A stretch of DNA of 64,000 bases from a virus. The DNA lies in IMG/VR virus record IMGVR_UViG_3300025896_000028. One strand, given 5' to 3'. Positions 46,995 to 57,201 of this stretch are shown in pieces. A program made the translations under genes and the position numbers. Under the pieces are notes generated by a model. It worked only from the letters and a program-made list of their open reading frames with translations. It was not told the origin of the DNA and did not search any database. The number at the start of each line of letters is the position of its first letter. Position 1 is the first letter of the stretch.

Positions 46995-47290
46995 ATCGGG
47001 TTCTCTTATGCACGGGAGAGGAAAGTACCTACAAGGGATGTAGGTAGCCCTAACAATATATAGGATAGAGGGAAATACTAGCTAGGGATTTATCTTGTCG
47101 GATAATGAAATCACTCGCCATCGGCTCCAAACCCCCCCTCGACTCCTTAGACATAATTTGGGTTTTGGTGACTTACATACGTGCTAGTACTTGATTAGCG
47201 TTTGGCGGTGAAGACGGACAGTTGGAAAGACAACGAATCACAATCGGTTAGAAGGCAATCTTTTTGCATTTTGGTTGCCTTCGACATCGA
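46995..47290 (+). ncRNA. candidate structured non-coding RNA (ORF-free, GC-elevated)
   Basis: ~300 nt without ORFs; hairpins cctaca-aggga-tgtagg and gaaggcaa-N16-ttgccttc; GC noticeably above flanks. Confidence 0.3.
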
Positions 47291-47308
47291 TACTTAAAAA
47301 AAAGAAAA

Positions 47309-47506
47309 ATGACATCATTAGAAATCATACTTATCATAATTGTTTGGATAAACTTAGGGTTATTCATTTGTAAAAAAAGAAACTGGTATCAATCAGAAGG
47401 TGATGATGATGCTATCTTCACTTGTGTTTTTGGTGTAATATTTGCACCATTAAATCTTATTCTAACAATCGTTAAGGTTTATTTAATCAAAGACTGGGAA
47501 AACTAA
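47309..47506 (+). CDS. small membrane protein
   Basis: MTSLEIILIIIVWINLGLFI; start re-set from track 47264. Confidence 0.4.
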   Translation: MTSLEIILIIIVWINLGLFICKKRNWYQSEGDDDAIFTCVFGVIFAPLNLILTIVKVYLIKDWEN

Positions 47507-47840
47507 AAACTTATGAAAAAATTCTTTATAACATTCGCAATCTACTACATATCAATTTCTTTGGTAGTTGGATTTTTATCGTTGCTAACAGGTATTGGTG
47601 GTTTTATACCAATGAGAGTACTTATGTCAGCATTATTGGCTTATTTGAAACCAATTGATTTAACATTCAAAGGGTGATAATTGCTTTAACCATATTAGGA
47701 ATCATAGTGTTCTTCGGAATTGTAAGAATTATTGTACAACCTAGACAAGGGTTTTGGAATAATGTTTACTGTGTTTTCTATTTGGATAAAATCTTCAATC
47801 TTATTGAGGATATCAAAGAAAACTTAGACGATAGAAAATA

Positions 47841-48092
47841 ATGGCAAAGTATAGAATAATTACCGTATCTAGCAATGATTTAACCAAGACCAAATGGAAA
47901 ATCCAATACAAATCCTTCTGGGGTTGGAGAACTGTTAAAGGTGGTGAGAATCGAGATTTGACTGAACTTGAATTCGGTTCGTATGTTGAAGCAGAACACC
48001 GAATAATCAAAGTGTATTGCAACCGACATGGTGAAATCACCCAACCTAGACCTAACGAATACCATTACCACGAATATACCTATTACGTATGA
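47841..48092 (+). CDS. hypothetical protein
   Basis: ORF in operon context; no recognisable motif. Confidence 0.45.
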   Translation: MAKYRIITVSSNDLTKTKWKIQYKSFWGWRTVKGGENRDLTELEFGSYVEAEHRIIKVYCNRHGEITQPRPNEYHYHEYTYYV

Positions 48093-48388
48093 CACTAAAA
48101 ACACTGAAAATAAACGGAAAAGAATTTCAATATCAAGTAATAATTGATAATGGTGAAGATGGTTCTTTTGAATGGACGAAGTTCTATCAAGGTACAACAA
48201 CTACCATTTACAAAAAGTATTGGTTATTTGGTGAAGAACTTATTAAGATAGAACCTAGATTTGCTTTTAACATTTGGAAAAACATTGAAAGTGAAAACTA
48301 TACCAAAGCTGAAATTAGAAAATGGCTTGAACGTGAAGTAGAACTATTGGATAGAAAAGAAGAAATCAAAAGAGGTGAAATAATTTAG
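48089..48388 (+). CDS. hypothetical protein
   Basis: Coupled start (ATGA overlap). Confidence 0.45.
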   Translation: MTLKTLKINGKEFQYQVIIDNGEDGSFEWTKFYQGTTTTIYKKYWLFGEELIKIEPRFAFNIWKNIESENYTKAEIRKWLEREVELLDRKEEIKRGEII

Positions 48389-48451
48389 CAAAATATTTGG
48401 TAGATTAAAATATTATTCTTACCTTTGTACTCTAATCAATAATTTAAAGCT

Positions 48452-48763
48452 ATGGGCAATAAAGAAACAACATTCTATGATAGATTTGTAGGCGTTTTTA
48501 AAAAAACTAGAATTCCAGTAAAAGGTGATGAAGGAGTACTTCAAGACATTCTGACATTCTTTAGTTCAAACGACACAACTGATGGTTTAAAGCATAATAT
48601 CTTCGTAAAGGTAAGAGTTGTCGAAGTTTACCAAAAACTCGTGGAAATCGAAGTTATCGAAGTTGTAATCTCTGATTCAGCTAGTGACTGTGTTACAGAA
48701 TTAGTAACATCGAGTGTTCCTAAGTTTGTCAATCCGAAAAATATTAACTGGAAAGTAGAATAA
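48452..48763 (+). CDS. hypothetical protein
   Basis: Promoter motif at ~48420; followed by terminator. Confidence 0.5.
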   Translation: MGNKETTFYDRFVGVFKKTRIPVKGDEGVLQDILTFFSSNDTTDGLKHNIFVKVRVVEVYQKLVEIEVIEVVISDSASDCVTELVTSSVPKFVNPKNINWKVE

Positions 48764-48768
48764 AAACA

Positions 48769-48797
48769 AAGAGGGTAAATTTTACTCTCTTTTTTTG
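48769..48797 (+). terminator. rho-independent terminator
   Basis: agagggta-aattt-tactctct hairpin followed by ttttttg. Confidence 0.5.
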
Positions 48798-48841
48798 TTT
48801 ATATCAATTTTAATGCGTACCTTTGTATCAAACAAAATCTA

Positions 48842-49336
48842 ATGGAACAAACAAAACTAAAAGGTAAATTCGATTTACCCAAGACAAACTGGGATATATC
48901 AGAACTAACATGGGACGTAGTGTATCAAACTATTGAAAATGGAATCATCATAATCAAGCGAGTACCACTTCACCCAAACCAATATTCGTTGGCTAAGGTT
49001 GATAAAGAATGTGAGTTCAACATTAGAAGTTGTCCTAACTTGCACAATGGTGGTGAATTTGAAGATATGGCTGTTGTTATGGATGGTAGTCAAGATAGAA
49101 TCAAAGAGGTAGCTAAAATACTTGAAGGTAAAGAACTATTCAAAAGGCTTAACGACCATGCGAGAGATGCGTTGACAAATATGATAAAGTTGCCAGAACC
49201 GCAACCATTTGAGAATGACTGGGAAGAAATTCTATTTGATTTTATTGATTTTTATCCTTGCCAGTTGCCACACGAATTGTTTGAATGGTTGGAGAACAAC
49301 TATGAAATACCTAAAAAGAAAATCAATGAGAAGTAA
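48842..49336 (+). CDS. hypothetical protein
   Basis: tacctttgtatc motif upstream. Confidence 0.5.
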   Translation: MEQTKLKGKFDLPKTNWDISELTWDVVYQTIENGIIIIKRVPLHPNQYSLAKVDKECEFNIRSCPNLHNGGEFEDMAVVMDGSQDRIKEVAKILEGKELFKRLNDHARDALTNMIKLPEPQPFENDWEEILFDFIDFYPCQLPHELFEWLENNYEIPKKKINEK

Positions 49337-49464
49337 AACAGCACAGCGTATCTTACATGAAACACCACAAGAGGTTCAAGATAAGGTAAGAGCAGAAGGT
49401 TTCAAGAGAGCCAAGAAGCGATGCCGAATACTAAAATGGTTCCCATTTGCCAAACGTTTCTTTA

Positions 49465-49842
49465 ATGATTAGGCAAGAAAGTACTTATTATAAGGACTTT
49501 ACAATCAAGACATTCAGTGAATTTACTGGTGGTATTTTAACGAGATACATTCAATATAATAAGTTGGGGGAAGAAACGTATCAAGAAGTAATGGATGATA
49601 TTTCTGGTGTTGTTATTCTTTCTCGAATATCAAAGTATCGAGGTAAAAAATTAATAAGTAAGCATTATTCAGATGGTCAATGGGATAAATATTCGTATTC
49701 AAAAGCCAACAATACCTATCGGATAATGGTAAACCGACCCGCTGAAAAATCTATCTGGATTGGTATTTTTAACGCAGAAACGGATATCTGCATTGATAGT
49801 CGGTTATTAGATAAAAAAACAAAAAATGAGAAAAATAGATAA
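49465..49842 (+). CDS. hypothetical protein, RQExTYY paralog family member 1
   Basis: N-terminus MIRQESTYYKDFTIKTFSEF shared with ORFs 54408..54995 and 60560..60835. Confidence 0.5.
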   Translation: MIRQESTYYKDFTIKTFSEFTGGILTRYIQYNKLGEETYQEVMDDISGVVILSRISKYRGKKLISKHYSDGQWDKYSYSKANNTYRIMVNRPAEKSIWIGIFNAETDICIDSRLLDKKTKNEKNR

Positions 49843-50077
49843 ATTTAAGTTAATACTAATCACAATAATAAAAGGATTGTTCTTTATAGTTACATATTCA
49901 GCTATTTGGTTATGTCTATTCATTGATGTGTTGGTTAAAATTCTATCAATTGGAATGTTCGAGAGCTTTCTCACTGAAAACTTAACAAGATTCTCAATCT
50001 ATGTTATGAATAAAATGTTACAAATAGAATTTAAAATTATTTTTAAGAAATAATTTGGTAGTTTAAAATATTATCCT

Positions 50078-50113
50078 TACCTTTGTACTCTAATCAATAA
50101 ATAAAGAGAAATT
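50078..50113 (+). promoter_or_regulatory. conserved phage promoter plus leader
   Basis: ccttacctttgtactctaatcaataaataaagagaaatt ATG. Confidence 0.6.
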
Positions 50114-50521
50114 ATGGCAGAAACTAAAATGACCAAAACGCAAATCATCAACGAAACCTTCAACTTCTACAAAGCAAATCCTTCGTTGAGAGGTAAAAAC
50201 CCTAAAGGTAATCCAGAAACTTGTATGTATAACGGTGGTGATGGAAGACACTGTGCTGTTGGTAGATGCTTATCAGCTAAGTACAAAAAAATGGGTGCTG
50301 ATTTAGAAGGGAATCAAAACGTTATTACCGATTTGATTGAGTTGAATAAAGTTGAAAATCTTGATGAAATGCTGATTCCTCGTTATAGAGGTCATTCAAA
50401 GGAATTTTGGAGAAATATGCAACGTGTTCATGATGCTTCAAAGTTCTGGAATGAAGAAGGTCTTACCGAAGAAGGTATCAAAAATCTTAATGAATTAAAA
50501 GAATCTTACCATGGCTTATAA
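50114..50521 (+). CDS. hypothetical Cys/His-motif protein (tandem paralog A)
   Basis: CMYNGGDGRHCAVGRCL .. PRYRGH .. FW .. HD, shared with the next gene. Confidence 0.55.
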   Translation: MAETKMTKTQIINETFNFYKANPSLRGKNPKGNPETCMYNGGDGRHCAVGRCLSAKYKKMGADLEGNQNVITDLIELNKVENLDEMLIPRYRGHSKEFWRNMQRVHDASKFWNEEGLTEEGIKNLNELKESYHGL

Positions 50522-50921
50522 AAAATTAACCAAGTTAGAAATACTTGAAGAAACTTTGGAGTTTTACACTGCCGACCCTAAAAGACGTTCAATGGATGCC
50601 GATAGCAACTGTATGTATAATGGTGCTGATGGAACACATTGTGCTGTGGGTAGATGCCTTATGACAAAATACCACAAGTTAGGTAATAAGCTAGAAAAAA
50701 ATGATTGGGGTGTTGATGCTTTGTATGAAAAGTACCAATTTGGTAGCATTGACCCAATGTTGTCACCTAGATATAGAGGACATGAAATTGATTTCTGGAC
50801 TGAATTACAAGAACTTCACGATACAAGCTATCATTGGGATGAAAATGGTATAACTGAATCTGGTAAACGTTGGTTTGATAAAGTCAAAGGTCGAATTGAA
50901 GCAAATATATCCCATGACTAA
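50511..50921 (+). CDS. hypothetical Cys/His-motif protein (tandem paralog B)
   Basis: CMYNGADGTHCAVGRCL .. PRYRGH .. FW .. HD; overlaps paralog A by 11 nt. Confidence 0.55.
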   Translation: MAYKKLTKLEILEETLEFYTADPKRRSMDADSNCMYNGADGTHCAVGRCLMTKYHKLGNKLEKNDWGVDALYEKYQFGSIDPMLSPRYRGHEIDFWTELQELHDTSYHWDENGITESGKRWFDKVKGRIEANISHD

Positions 50922-51186
50922 CGAACCGACTTACGAGGAAAAAAGCCAATACTTACGAACACATGGTTGGCACACACTTTGGTCGGAAGATAATTGGATT
51001 GAAGAAGGTATTGAACACCAAAATTTAGACCATGCGGGTTGCTCAACCGATGTTGCCTACTATTCAGAGATAAATAGAGGTATAGACCAACCACATACTG
51101 GCGACTGGGGTAAGAATTACTATGACAAAGATGGTAATTATATAAGTTCAGAGGTTTATGATAAAGAAAATAAGTTAAAAAATTAG
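50875..51186 (+). CDS. hypothetical protein
   Basis: ORF in operon context; no recognisable motif. Confidence 0.4.
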   Translation: MIKSKVELKQIYPMTNEPTYEEKSQYLRTHGWHTLWSEDNWIEEGIEHQNLDHAGCSTDVAYYSEINRGIDQPHTGDWGKNYYDKDGNYISSEVYDKENKLKN

Positions 51187-51238
51187 GTAGTGTCAAATAT
51201 TATACTTACCTTTGTAATCTAATCTAAAAATAATAATT

Positions 51239-51796
51239 ATGAAAGCGAATACAAATTCTATTAGTGCAAAATTATATTGTTGGTTCTACGGTAAACGTGT
51301 AGGGCAATTGCCGAACAACCTATGTCCATATTTCTGGAAGTTGGTGTTGGCTTACATATTGTTTATCCCTTACGTTATTTTCTCGTTGCCAATGATAGTT
51401 TTTACTGAATTGTTGGATAAAAACTATTCAAACGGTGATAATAAAACTGGTGAGAGATTGGGTCTTAGCTTCCTTGCGTATTTTGGTCTTTTCTTGGTAA
51501 GCCTTATGGTTATTGCTGTGGGTGCATTTTTCACAACATACGTTAAAGATGGTTTCTGTTATAAATTTTACCCTATTGGTATTTTATTATGGCTTGTCGC
51601 TATCGTAATAGGTGGTTATCAAGGAATCAAAGCATGGCGTGAATACATCATTAATAGTAGAATAAAATACGATGAAAATGGTTACAGAATTTGGGAAGAA
51701 CCTAAAGAGAAAACACCTAACATGGTAATCGAATTTATCAAGGCTAAGTATGGTGAATACTGCCCTAGAATTGAGTGGTCTGATGGTAAGAAATAA
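51239..51796 (+). CDS. integral membrane protein
   Basis: Promoter motif at ~51207; multiple TM helices. Confidence 0.5.
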   Translation: MKANTNSISAKLYCWFYGKRVGQLPNNLCPYFWKLVLAYILFIPYVIFSLPMIVFTELLDKNYSNGDNKTGERLGLSFLAYFGLFLVSLMVIAVGAFFTTYVKDGFCYKFYPIGILLWLVAIVIGGYQGIKAWREYIINSRIKYDENGYRIWEEPKEKTPNMVIEFIKAKYGEYCPRIEWSDGKK

Positions 51797-52041
51797 TGGA
51801 GTACATAGACGAAAAATTTAAAATAAAGTCTGCCAAAGCAATGGAGAAACATATCACTAAGATTACTGCAATCGAAGTGATGTGTATCAAAATGGCTGAC
51901 GTTGTCCGAGTAATCTGGGCAGTCGATAATAAGCTACACCACTACGATATCAAAGGTAGTGTAATCTATGTAATCAAAGAAGATGACCTACAACTGGCTG
52001 TCGATTATGTTATGAATAGCGTAAAACAAATCAAAAACTAA
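51796..52041 (+). CDS. hypothetical protein
   Basis: Coupled start. Confidence 0.45.
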   Translation: MEYIDEKFKIKSAKAMEKHITKITAIEVMCIKMADVVRVIWAVDNKLHHYDIKGSVIYVIKEDDLQLAVDYVMNSVKQIKN

Positions 52042-52295
52042 TGAAATATTTTTATACCTTTGTAATCCTATTCCTTATTACCGTATCTTGTGTGAACCTT
52101 GAAAATATCTGCAAAGAATCAATCCGTATCAATGGTGAAGTTACCTATGCGATACCAACACCGAACAAAACGAGAATGGTAGTTATACAAACACCTAATG
52201 GTGAAGTAGTTATACACAGAGTACCATTGGAACAACCTTTAACAAATATACCAGTATGCTACAAACATGGAAAGCTATATTGGGTAATGCCTTAA
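52041..52295 (+). CDS. lipoprotein
   Basis: VILFLITVSC lipobox. Confidence 0.45.
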   Translation: MKYFYTFVILFLITVSCVNLENICKESIRINGEVTYAIPTPNKTRMVVIQTPNGEVVIHRVPLEQPLTNIPVCYKHGKLYWVMP

Positions 52296-52299
52296 AACT

Positions 52300-52557
52300 A
52301 TGAAAAAAATCTTATTATTACTAGCCATTGTATTGATGATGGTTAGCTGTCAAAAGAAAGGTGCTTATCAATACCTTATCTACATGAATGATGGTGAAGT
52401 CGTTAAGGCTTGGAGTGTTGAACCATCGGGCGGTGGACTATCTGTTACACCACCAATGGGTACTAGCGGACATTATTACTTGTCTAGTTCAACTTATACC
52501 AAAGCTCAATTCGTTGGGTCTAAGGGTTGCGGTTGCGGTTCAAACCCAAATCGATAA
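52300..52557 (+). CDS. lipoprotein
   Basis: LLLLAIVLMMVSC lipobox. Confidence 0.45.
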   Translation: MKKILLLLAIVLMMVSCQKKGAYQYLIYMNDGEVVKAWSVEPSGGGLSVTPPMGTSGHYYLSSSTYTKAQFVGSKGCGCGSNPNR

Positions 52558-52796
52558 TGGAAGATAAATTCAAATTAATAGCCAGAGTTCTAATCATATT
52601 GTTCTGGCTATTCGCTGTGTATAGTGTAGTTTTCATGTCAGACAATACATCAAATTGGTTAGTACTACCATTTCTAATTGGTATGTTTACACTAATAGGT
52701 CTTGCTGTTGTTTTGATGTTTGGTTTTGTAGGAATTTGCCAAGCAATTTTGTTTACATTTTTTAATTGGGCATTTGATACTGAATTTTTTGACTAA
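52557..52796 (+). CDS. small membrane protein
   Basis: Two TM helices; start re-set to the internal ATG (track starts at 52527). Confidence 0.4.
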   Translation: MEDKFKLIARVLIILFWLFAVYSVVFMSDNTSNWLVLPFLIGMFTLIGLAVVLMFGFVGICQAILFTFFNWAFDTEFFD

Positions 52797-52855
52797 ATAT
52801 TTGCGTATGTCAAATATTATACATACCTTTGTACTCTAATCTAAAAGAAACTATT

Positions 52856-53929
52856 ATGGGAAGTTGGTCAGTAAGCTGTGGAATAAGTAATATCGCTATT
52901 ACAGAAGGAAATGAATGTGTAATCATACCTATCAAAGGTGATAGCAGTGAGTATGGTGGTTACTTACCATCTACGTTACCTATCTTCGGTAGATACAATG
53001 ACTACGGTGGAATGGAAGACATCATTCATGACGACAATACCAAATTAATCGAAGACCACTTAGGTATCACGATTGATGAATTTGTTGAGTTCTTGGTTGA
53101 TGGTAAATTTACCTACGATAGAGATGAAGCTAAAGCTACCAAAGCAAAACTGGAAGCTAACGATAGACTTGAAGAAGTTGCTAACTGGCGTTTTATGTGG
53201 GTTGACAAGCAAGTCTATGAAGTAATGATTCAAAACTTAAACGTTCACGACCAAGGGTATATGGACTATGGCACACCAGAAATGGCAAAGCAATTAGGTT
53301 TAGAAGTAGTTGAAGGATTTGAGATTAATAACTACGACCCAAAAAGATTTAAAACCGTTTACAAAAAAAGTGATACTATCTTGTATTCTGATGGAAGCAC
53401 TTTGTTAAGTGATAAAAACCAATACGTTTACCACATGGGTAAAGGTAACGAGAGTAGCATTGAAACATACATTGATGTTCCAGAGGAATTGCAATACCTT
53501 AAAGGTAAAACCAAAAGCGAAGCGTGGAGATTGATGTCAGAAAGAAAACAAATGTCAACGCTAGGTTACATCTTTGGTGACAGATTTGGGTACATGGAAC
53601 GAGAGTTGGACATGAAAGCAATGATGTTATCGTTGGCGACTGATGGTGATGTTAAAAACGAAGAAAGCGTTAAAAAGATATTAGCCAAAGCTGAAAAATC
53701 AGCAACGATTGTTAATAAGTATTTCAAGAACTTGGATGCGTATGGCGATAGAATTGTTGACCTAATCAACATAAGAGGTAATATGCACCCAATGTCTAGT
53801 AGATATTACCCACACGTTTTGTACTTAACACCACAATGTGGAGAACATGAACACCACCAAAAGTTGCTTGAAGCATTTGCTGAAATCAATAAATCGTATA
53901 TTGAAGAATACGAAGAAGACGAAGATTAA
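52856..53929 (+). CDS. hypothetical protein (357 aa)
   Basis: Track start 52829 is a TTG inside the promoter motif; the ATG at 52856 (MGSWSVS) lies 24 nt after TACCTTTG. Confidence 0.5.
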   Translation: MGSWSVSCGISNIAITEGNECVIIPIKGDSSEYGGYLPSTLPIFGRYNDYGGMEDIIHDDNTKLIEDHLGITIDEFVEFLVDGKFTYDRDEAKATKAKLEANDRLEEVANWRFMWVDKQVYEVMIQNLNVHDQGYMDYGTPEMAKQLGLEVVEGFEINNYDPKRFKTVYKKSDTILYSDGSTLLSDKNQYVYHMGKGNESSIETYIDVPEELQYLKGKTKSEAWRLMSERKQMSTLGYIFGDRFGYMERELDMKAMMLSLATDGDVKNEESVKKILAKAEKSATIVNKYFKNLDAYGDRIVDLINIRGNMHPMSSRYYPHVLYLTPQCGEHEHHQKLLEAFAEINKSYIEEYEEDED

Positions 53930-53947
53930 TCTAAAAACAAAAATATT

Positions 53948-54430
53948 ATGTGCTTAATTACAACACAAAAAACAGCATTGATTGCTGACGAAGACATTAC
54001 AGTTTTCAAAGTATTAACTCAAAATCAAGGTTCTATTTATCAATCATTTAAGTATGAATTGGGTGTAGAATACACAGAAAAGATAGAACATTCAGATGAA
54101 TGGTGTTGTCTGGGTATTCTCGATATTGAATGGTTACATTCAAATTACCCTAATGGATGGAAAAGACACGCAGATTTAATTTGTCTAGGAGAAGGATTTC
54201 ATTCAATTGATAGTCTTGAAACTGCTAAGAAGGTTTTAAAAGAAGAATACGAAAGTACCAAGATTTTTGAGTGTACAATACCTAAAGGTTCAGAATACTA
54301 CAAAGATGCTGTCGGGTTTATGATTTCTAGTTCGTTGATAGTCAACAACCAATTAAAGTTTTCACTTCAATTTAATCAAGAAACTGGTTATTCTGAAGTA
54401 GTAGAAGATGCCAATGAAGAAGTTAGTTAG
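53948..54430 (+). CDS. hypothetical protein
   Basis: ORF in operon context; no recognisable motif. Confidence 0.45.
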   Translation: MCLITTQKTALIADEDITVFKVLTQNQGSIYQSFKYELGVEYTEKIEHSDEWCCLGILDIEWLHSNYPNGWKRHADLICLGEGFHSIDSLETAKKVLKEEYESTKIFECTIPKGSEYYKDAVGFMISSSLIVNNQLKFSLQFNQETGYSEVVEDANEEVS

Positions 54431-54995
54431 ACAAGAAACTACCTATTACGATAACTTTGACTTGAAAGAGTTTAAAGAGTATTACGATAATACCCTTACT
54501 ATACACGAAAGATACGATGAAAGAAATAATCTAATATTTTTCGATGATGGTAAGGGTTTTACCATGGAAAAAATATTCAAAACTAAGATTAGTAATGCTA
54601 AAAAAAATGTAACACAAAGTCAACTATTAGATTACTATAAAGATTCAGATGGTGCGTATTATGAATGTTTCTACTTTCCTAGAGAAACAATGAGTATTCA
54701 AGTTACAATACATGATAAATTTTCACCAAATCCATTACATGATGATTTTAGTACATATCGTTATTATGAATTGGAAGTTAAGATTACAAATCAAGACCAC
54801 AATTTGAATGACTTTAAATTGACGTGTACAAAAAACGATATCAAATATCCATGGGTTATTCAAACTTGTACTGGTAAAATGACATTGTATCGTTCTAGGA
54901 ATCACGAGAAAATGTTAGAAATCCTTAAAGATAAACTAGACATCACACATGAAATCTGGGAGTCAAACAATTATAAAATAAAATTTACATTTTAA
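54408..54995 (+). CDS. hypothetical protein, RQExTYY paralog family member 2
   Basis: LVRQETTYYDNFDLKEFKEYYDN. Confidence 0.5.
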   Translation: MPMKKLVRQETTYYDNFDLKEFKEYYDNTLTIHERYDERNNLIFFDDGKGFTMEKIFKTKISNAKKNVTQSQLLDYYKDSDGAYYECFYFPRETMSIQVTIHDKFSPNPLHDDFSTYRYYELEVKITNQDHNLNDFKLTCTKNDIKYPWVIQTCTGKMTLYRSRNHEKMLEILKDKLDITHEIWESNNYKIKFTF

Positions 54996-55047
54996 TTTGG
55001 TAGTATGAATTATTATACGTACCTTTGTAATCTAATATAAAAATACT

Positions 55048-55404
55048 ATGAGTCAAAACCGTATCAACGAAATCGAAAAAGAAATTCAAAAGCTAAGTCT
55101 TGAAAAAGAAAAACTAGAAGCTATAGAGAGAATACCACTGGTTGAACGTAAGGTTCAAAAATACTTAGATGGTGCTTACTCTGCAAAAGAACTAATGGCT
55201 CGACACAACTTGGATGATTTTGGCTTATGGCAAATCAAAGGTGAAGACCCTAACTGTGATATGGGCGGGTATCATCATGAACCAGACTTAGGTATCTTCG
55301 AGGGAACACTTAAAGAAGCACTAAGCTACGCAGTAGAACACCCAGATTTCTACGCTTGGGGTGGCGGTGGAAGAATAACTAAAGTATCAACAATCAAATC
55401 TTAA
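55048..55404 (+). CDS. hypothetical protein
   Basis: Promoter motif at ~55020. Confidence 0.5.
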   Translation: MSQNRINEIEKEIQKLSLEKEKLEAIERIPLVERKVQKYLDGAYSAKELMARHNLDDFGLWQIKGEDPNCDMGGYHHEPDLGIFEGTLKEALSYAVEHPDFYAWGGGGRITKVSTIKS

Positions 55405-55408
55405 AACA

Positions 55409-55792
55409 ATGAAAAACGCTATCTATTTACACCAGAAAAACATTCAAGAAATCTCAATGGAATCAAGACCACATGAGGATTTTGGGTACGACTACGACAA
55501 ACACGATGATTACATTGAATTAGGTGATGGTGTATTGACCGATGTAGGTCTTGTAGATATTGAAACACTTATCAATAACCTAACCCAATTAAGGTCGCAT
55601 GGTGCAACACACGTTAGTTGTGACTGGCATTGTGACCATGGTGAGTTAGATTTGTACGGAGTTGAATATCGTCTTGCTAAACAAGAGGAAATCGAAGCGT
55701 ACCACAACGCTAAGAAACTGAAAGAAGATGCCAAAAAACAACGTGAAATCGAAACGTTAGAAGCAAAGTTAAAAGCCTTAAAGAATGAGTAA
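55409..55792 (+). CDS. hypothetical protein
   Basis: ORF in operon context; no recognisable motif. Confidence 0.45.
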   Translation: MKNAIYLHQKNIQEISMESRPHEDFGYDYDKHDDYIELGDGVLTDVGLVDIETLINNLTQLRSHGATHVSCDWHCDHGELDLYGVEYRLAKQEEIEAYHNAKKLKEDAKKQREIETLEAKLKALKNE

Positions 55793-56090
55793 AGAGAGAA
55801 ATCAATTTATTGAAAGTGATGGTTTGTATTGGGAATCGGAAACACACGAATGGTTTCACGATAAGATTAGTACAGCCTATGCCCGTAAGAAAACAGTAAC
55901 TGCTACTGGTGAACTAGATGATGCTTTAAATGTAGTGTGTTTGGTTACTCGAAACAAGGAAACTGGTGAATACGATAGAGTTATGATGGATGTTTTAACT
56001 AACGAAATCATCTATGATACAAAGGTTTTGGAAGATATGGCGTTCCAAGTTGATAAAATGAAACTAGCTAAACGATTTAAAAATGAGTAA
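55785..56090 (+). CDS. hypothetical protein
   Basis: ORF in operon context; no recognisable motif. Confidence 0.45.
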   Translation: MSKERNQFIESDGLYWESETHEWFHDKISTAYARKKTVTATGELDDALNVVCLVTRNKETGEYDRVMMDVLTNEIIYDTKVLEDMAFQVDKMKLAKRFKNE

Positions 56091-56331
56091 TATGGATAAT
56101 GATTTAGAATTAAGATGCAATTTTATTAGCGTTGATTTTAAAATAGGTAGAAATTCCTACGGTGAGTTCTTTAAGATTGGTGACGAAGTTGGTCACGAGG
56201 GACATGATGGTGGAAGTGCAAAGATTTTGAGTTTTGAATTGGATGAAGAAAGCAACGAAGTGAAAGCCAACACAACGAGTGGTTGGTGTCACTTGGATTT
56301 TATTTTTAAAATAGGTGAAAATGAGCAATAA
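56083..56331 (+). CDS. hypothetical protein
   Basis: ORF in operon context; no recognisable motif. Confidence 0.4.
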   Translation: MSNMDNDLELRCNFISVDFKIGRNSYGEFFKIGDEVGHEGHDGGSAKILSFELDEESNEVKANTTSGWCHLDFIFKIGENEQ

Positions 56332-56668
56332 GAAAATATATTACAGAGTATGCCACAAAGATACCCTACAAGGGTTGTGGTATGATTACAAAGGAACATT
56401 CACTGGACTTATCCATGAGGAATTTAGCTTTTGTTTGAACAATAAACTTGAAATGGACTTCGACCCAGAGATTGTTGGTTGGCTTTCAGCTACCGATAGC
56501 TTAGAAACTCTATACCATTGGTTTACTGCCGAAGATATCATACAATTACAAGAACAAGGTTGGTTTATCCATGAGTTTGAAGCAACCGATGTGAAGTTCT
56601 ATGAGAGATTCCAACACCTTATCATCAAACAAGATACCTCTAAGGTAATCAGAACGATAGAACTATAA
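56315..56668 (+). CDS. hypothetical protein
   Basis: ORF in operon context; no recognisable motif. Confidence 0.45.
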   Translation: MKMSNKKIYYRVCHKDTLQGLWYDYKGTFTGLIHEEFSFCLNNKLEMDFDPEIVGWLSATDSLETLYHWFTAEDIIQLQEQGWFIHEFEATDVKFYERFQHLIIKQDTSKVIRTIEL

Positions 56669-56695
56669 TGGAAGTAGAATGCTCTCCAACTAGCG

Positions 56696-57013
56696 GTGGC
56701 GAAGGAACCGAATGGGTTTATGTTGCCAAGTGTGTTGACTTATGCGATATTGATTATGAATAGCCACGAACTAAAAACACTGTCAAATGAAGATGCAATG
56801 ACCTATGTTATTGATAATCATCAAGATAGAATGTGTGAACTATGTGAACTCCATATCTTAGGGTGTTGCCATAACACGAGTACCTATCAATGTGAGGGTA
56901 GCAAGTGTGATGTAGCGATAGATTACATGATGGAAGAACTAATTGATAATGCGGAAGCAGAGGAAGAACAATACGTTGAAACCTATTCGCCAATATTAAT
57001 CAATAGAAATTAA
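56696..57013 (+). CDS. hypothetical Cys-rich protein
   Basis: CELCELHILGCCH..CEGSKC. Confidence 0.4.
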   Translation: MAKEPNGFMLPSVLTYAILIMNSHELKTLSNEDAMTYVIDNHQDRMCELCELHILGCCHNTSTYQCEGSKCDVAIDYMMEELIDNAEAEEEQYVETYSPILINRN

Positions 57014-57201
57014 TGAGTAAACCAAAAAGATTCTGGTGTGAAGATGATTCTACCAGTCTTAAAGAAATTGTAAAATCAAAGAAGAACGGGAAGATACTAG
57101 AAATCGATGGTATTCAATATGAACGCATTGGTGATGATATGGTGCTTTGCCCTAAGTCTTCTCGCATAAAAAAATTAGTAGATGGAAATAAAGTTGTATA
57201 G
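57013..57201 (+). CDS. hypothetical protein
   Basis: ORF in operon context; no recognisable motif. Confidence 0.4.
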   Translation: MSKPKRFWCEDDSTSLKEIVKSKKNGKILEIDGIQYERIGDDMVLCPKSSRIKKLVDGNKVV

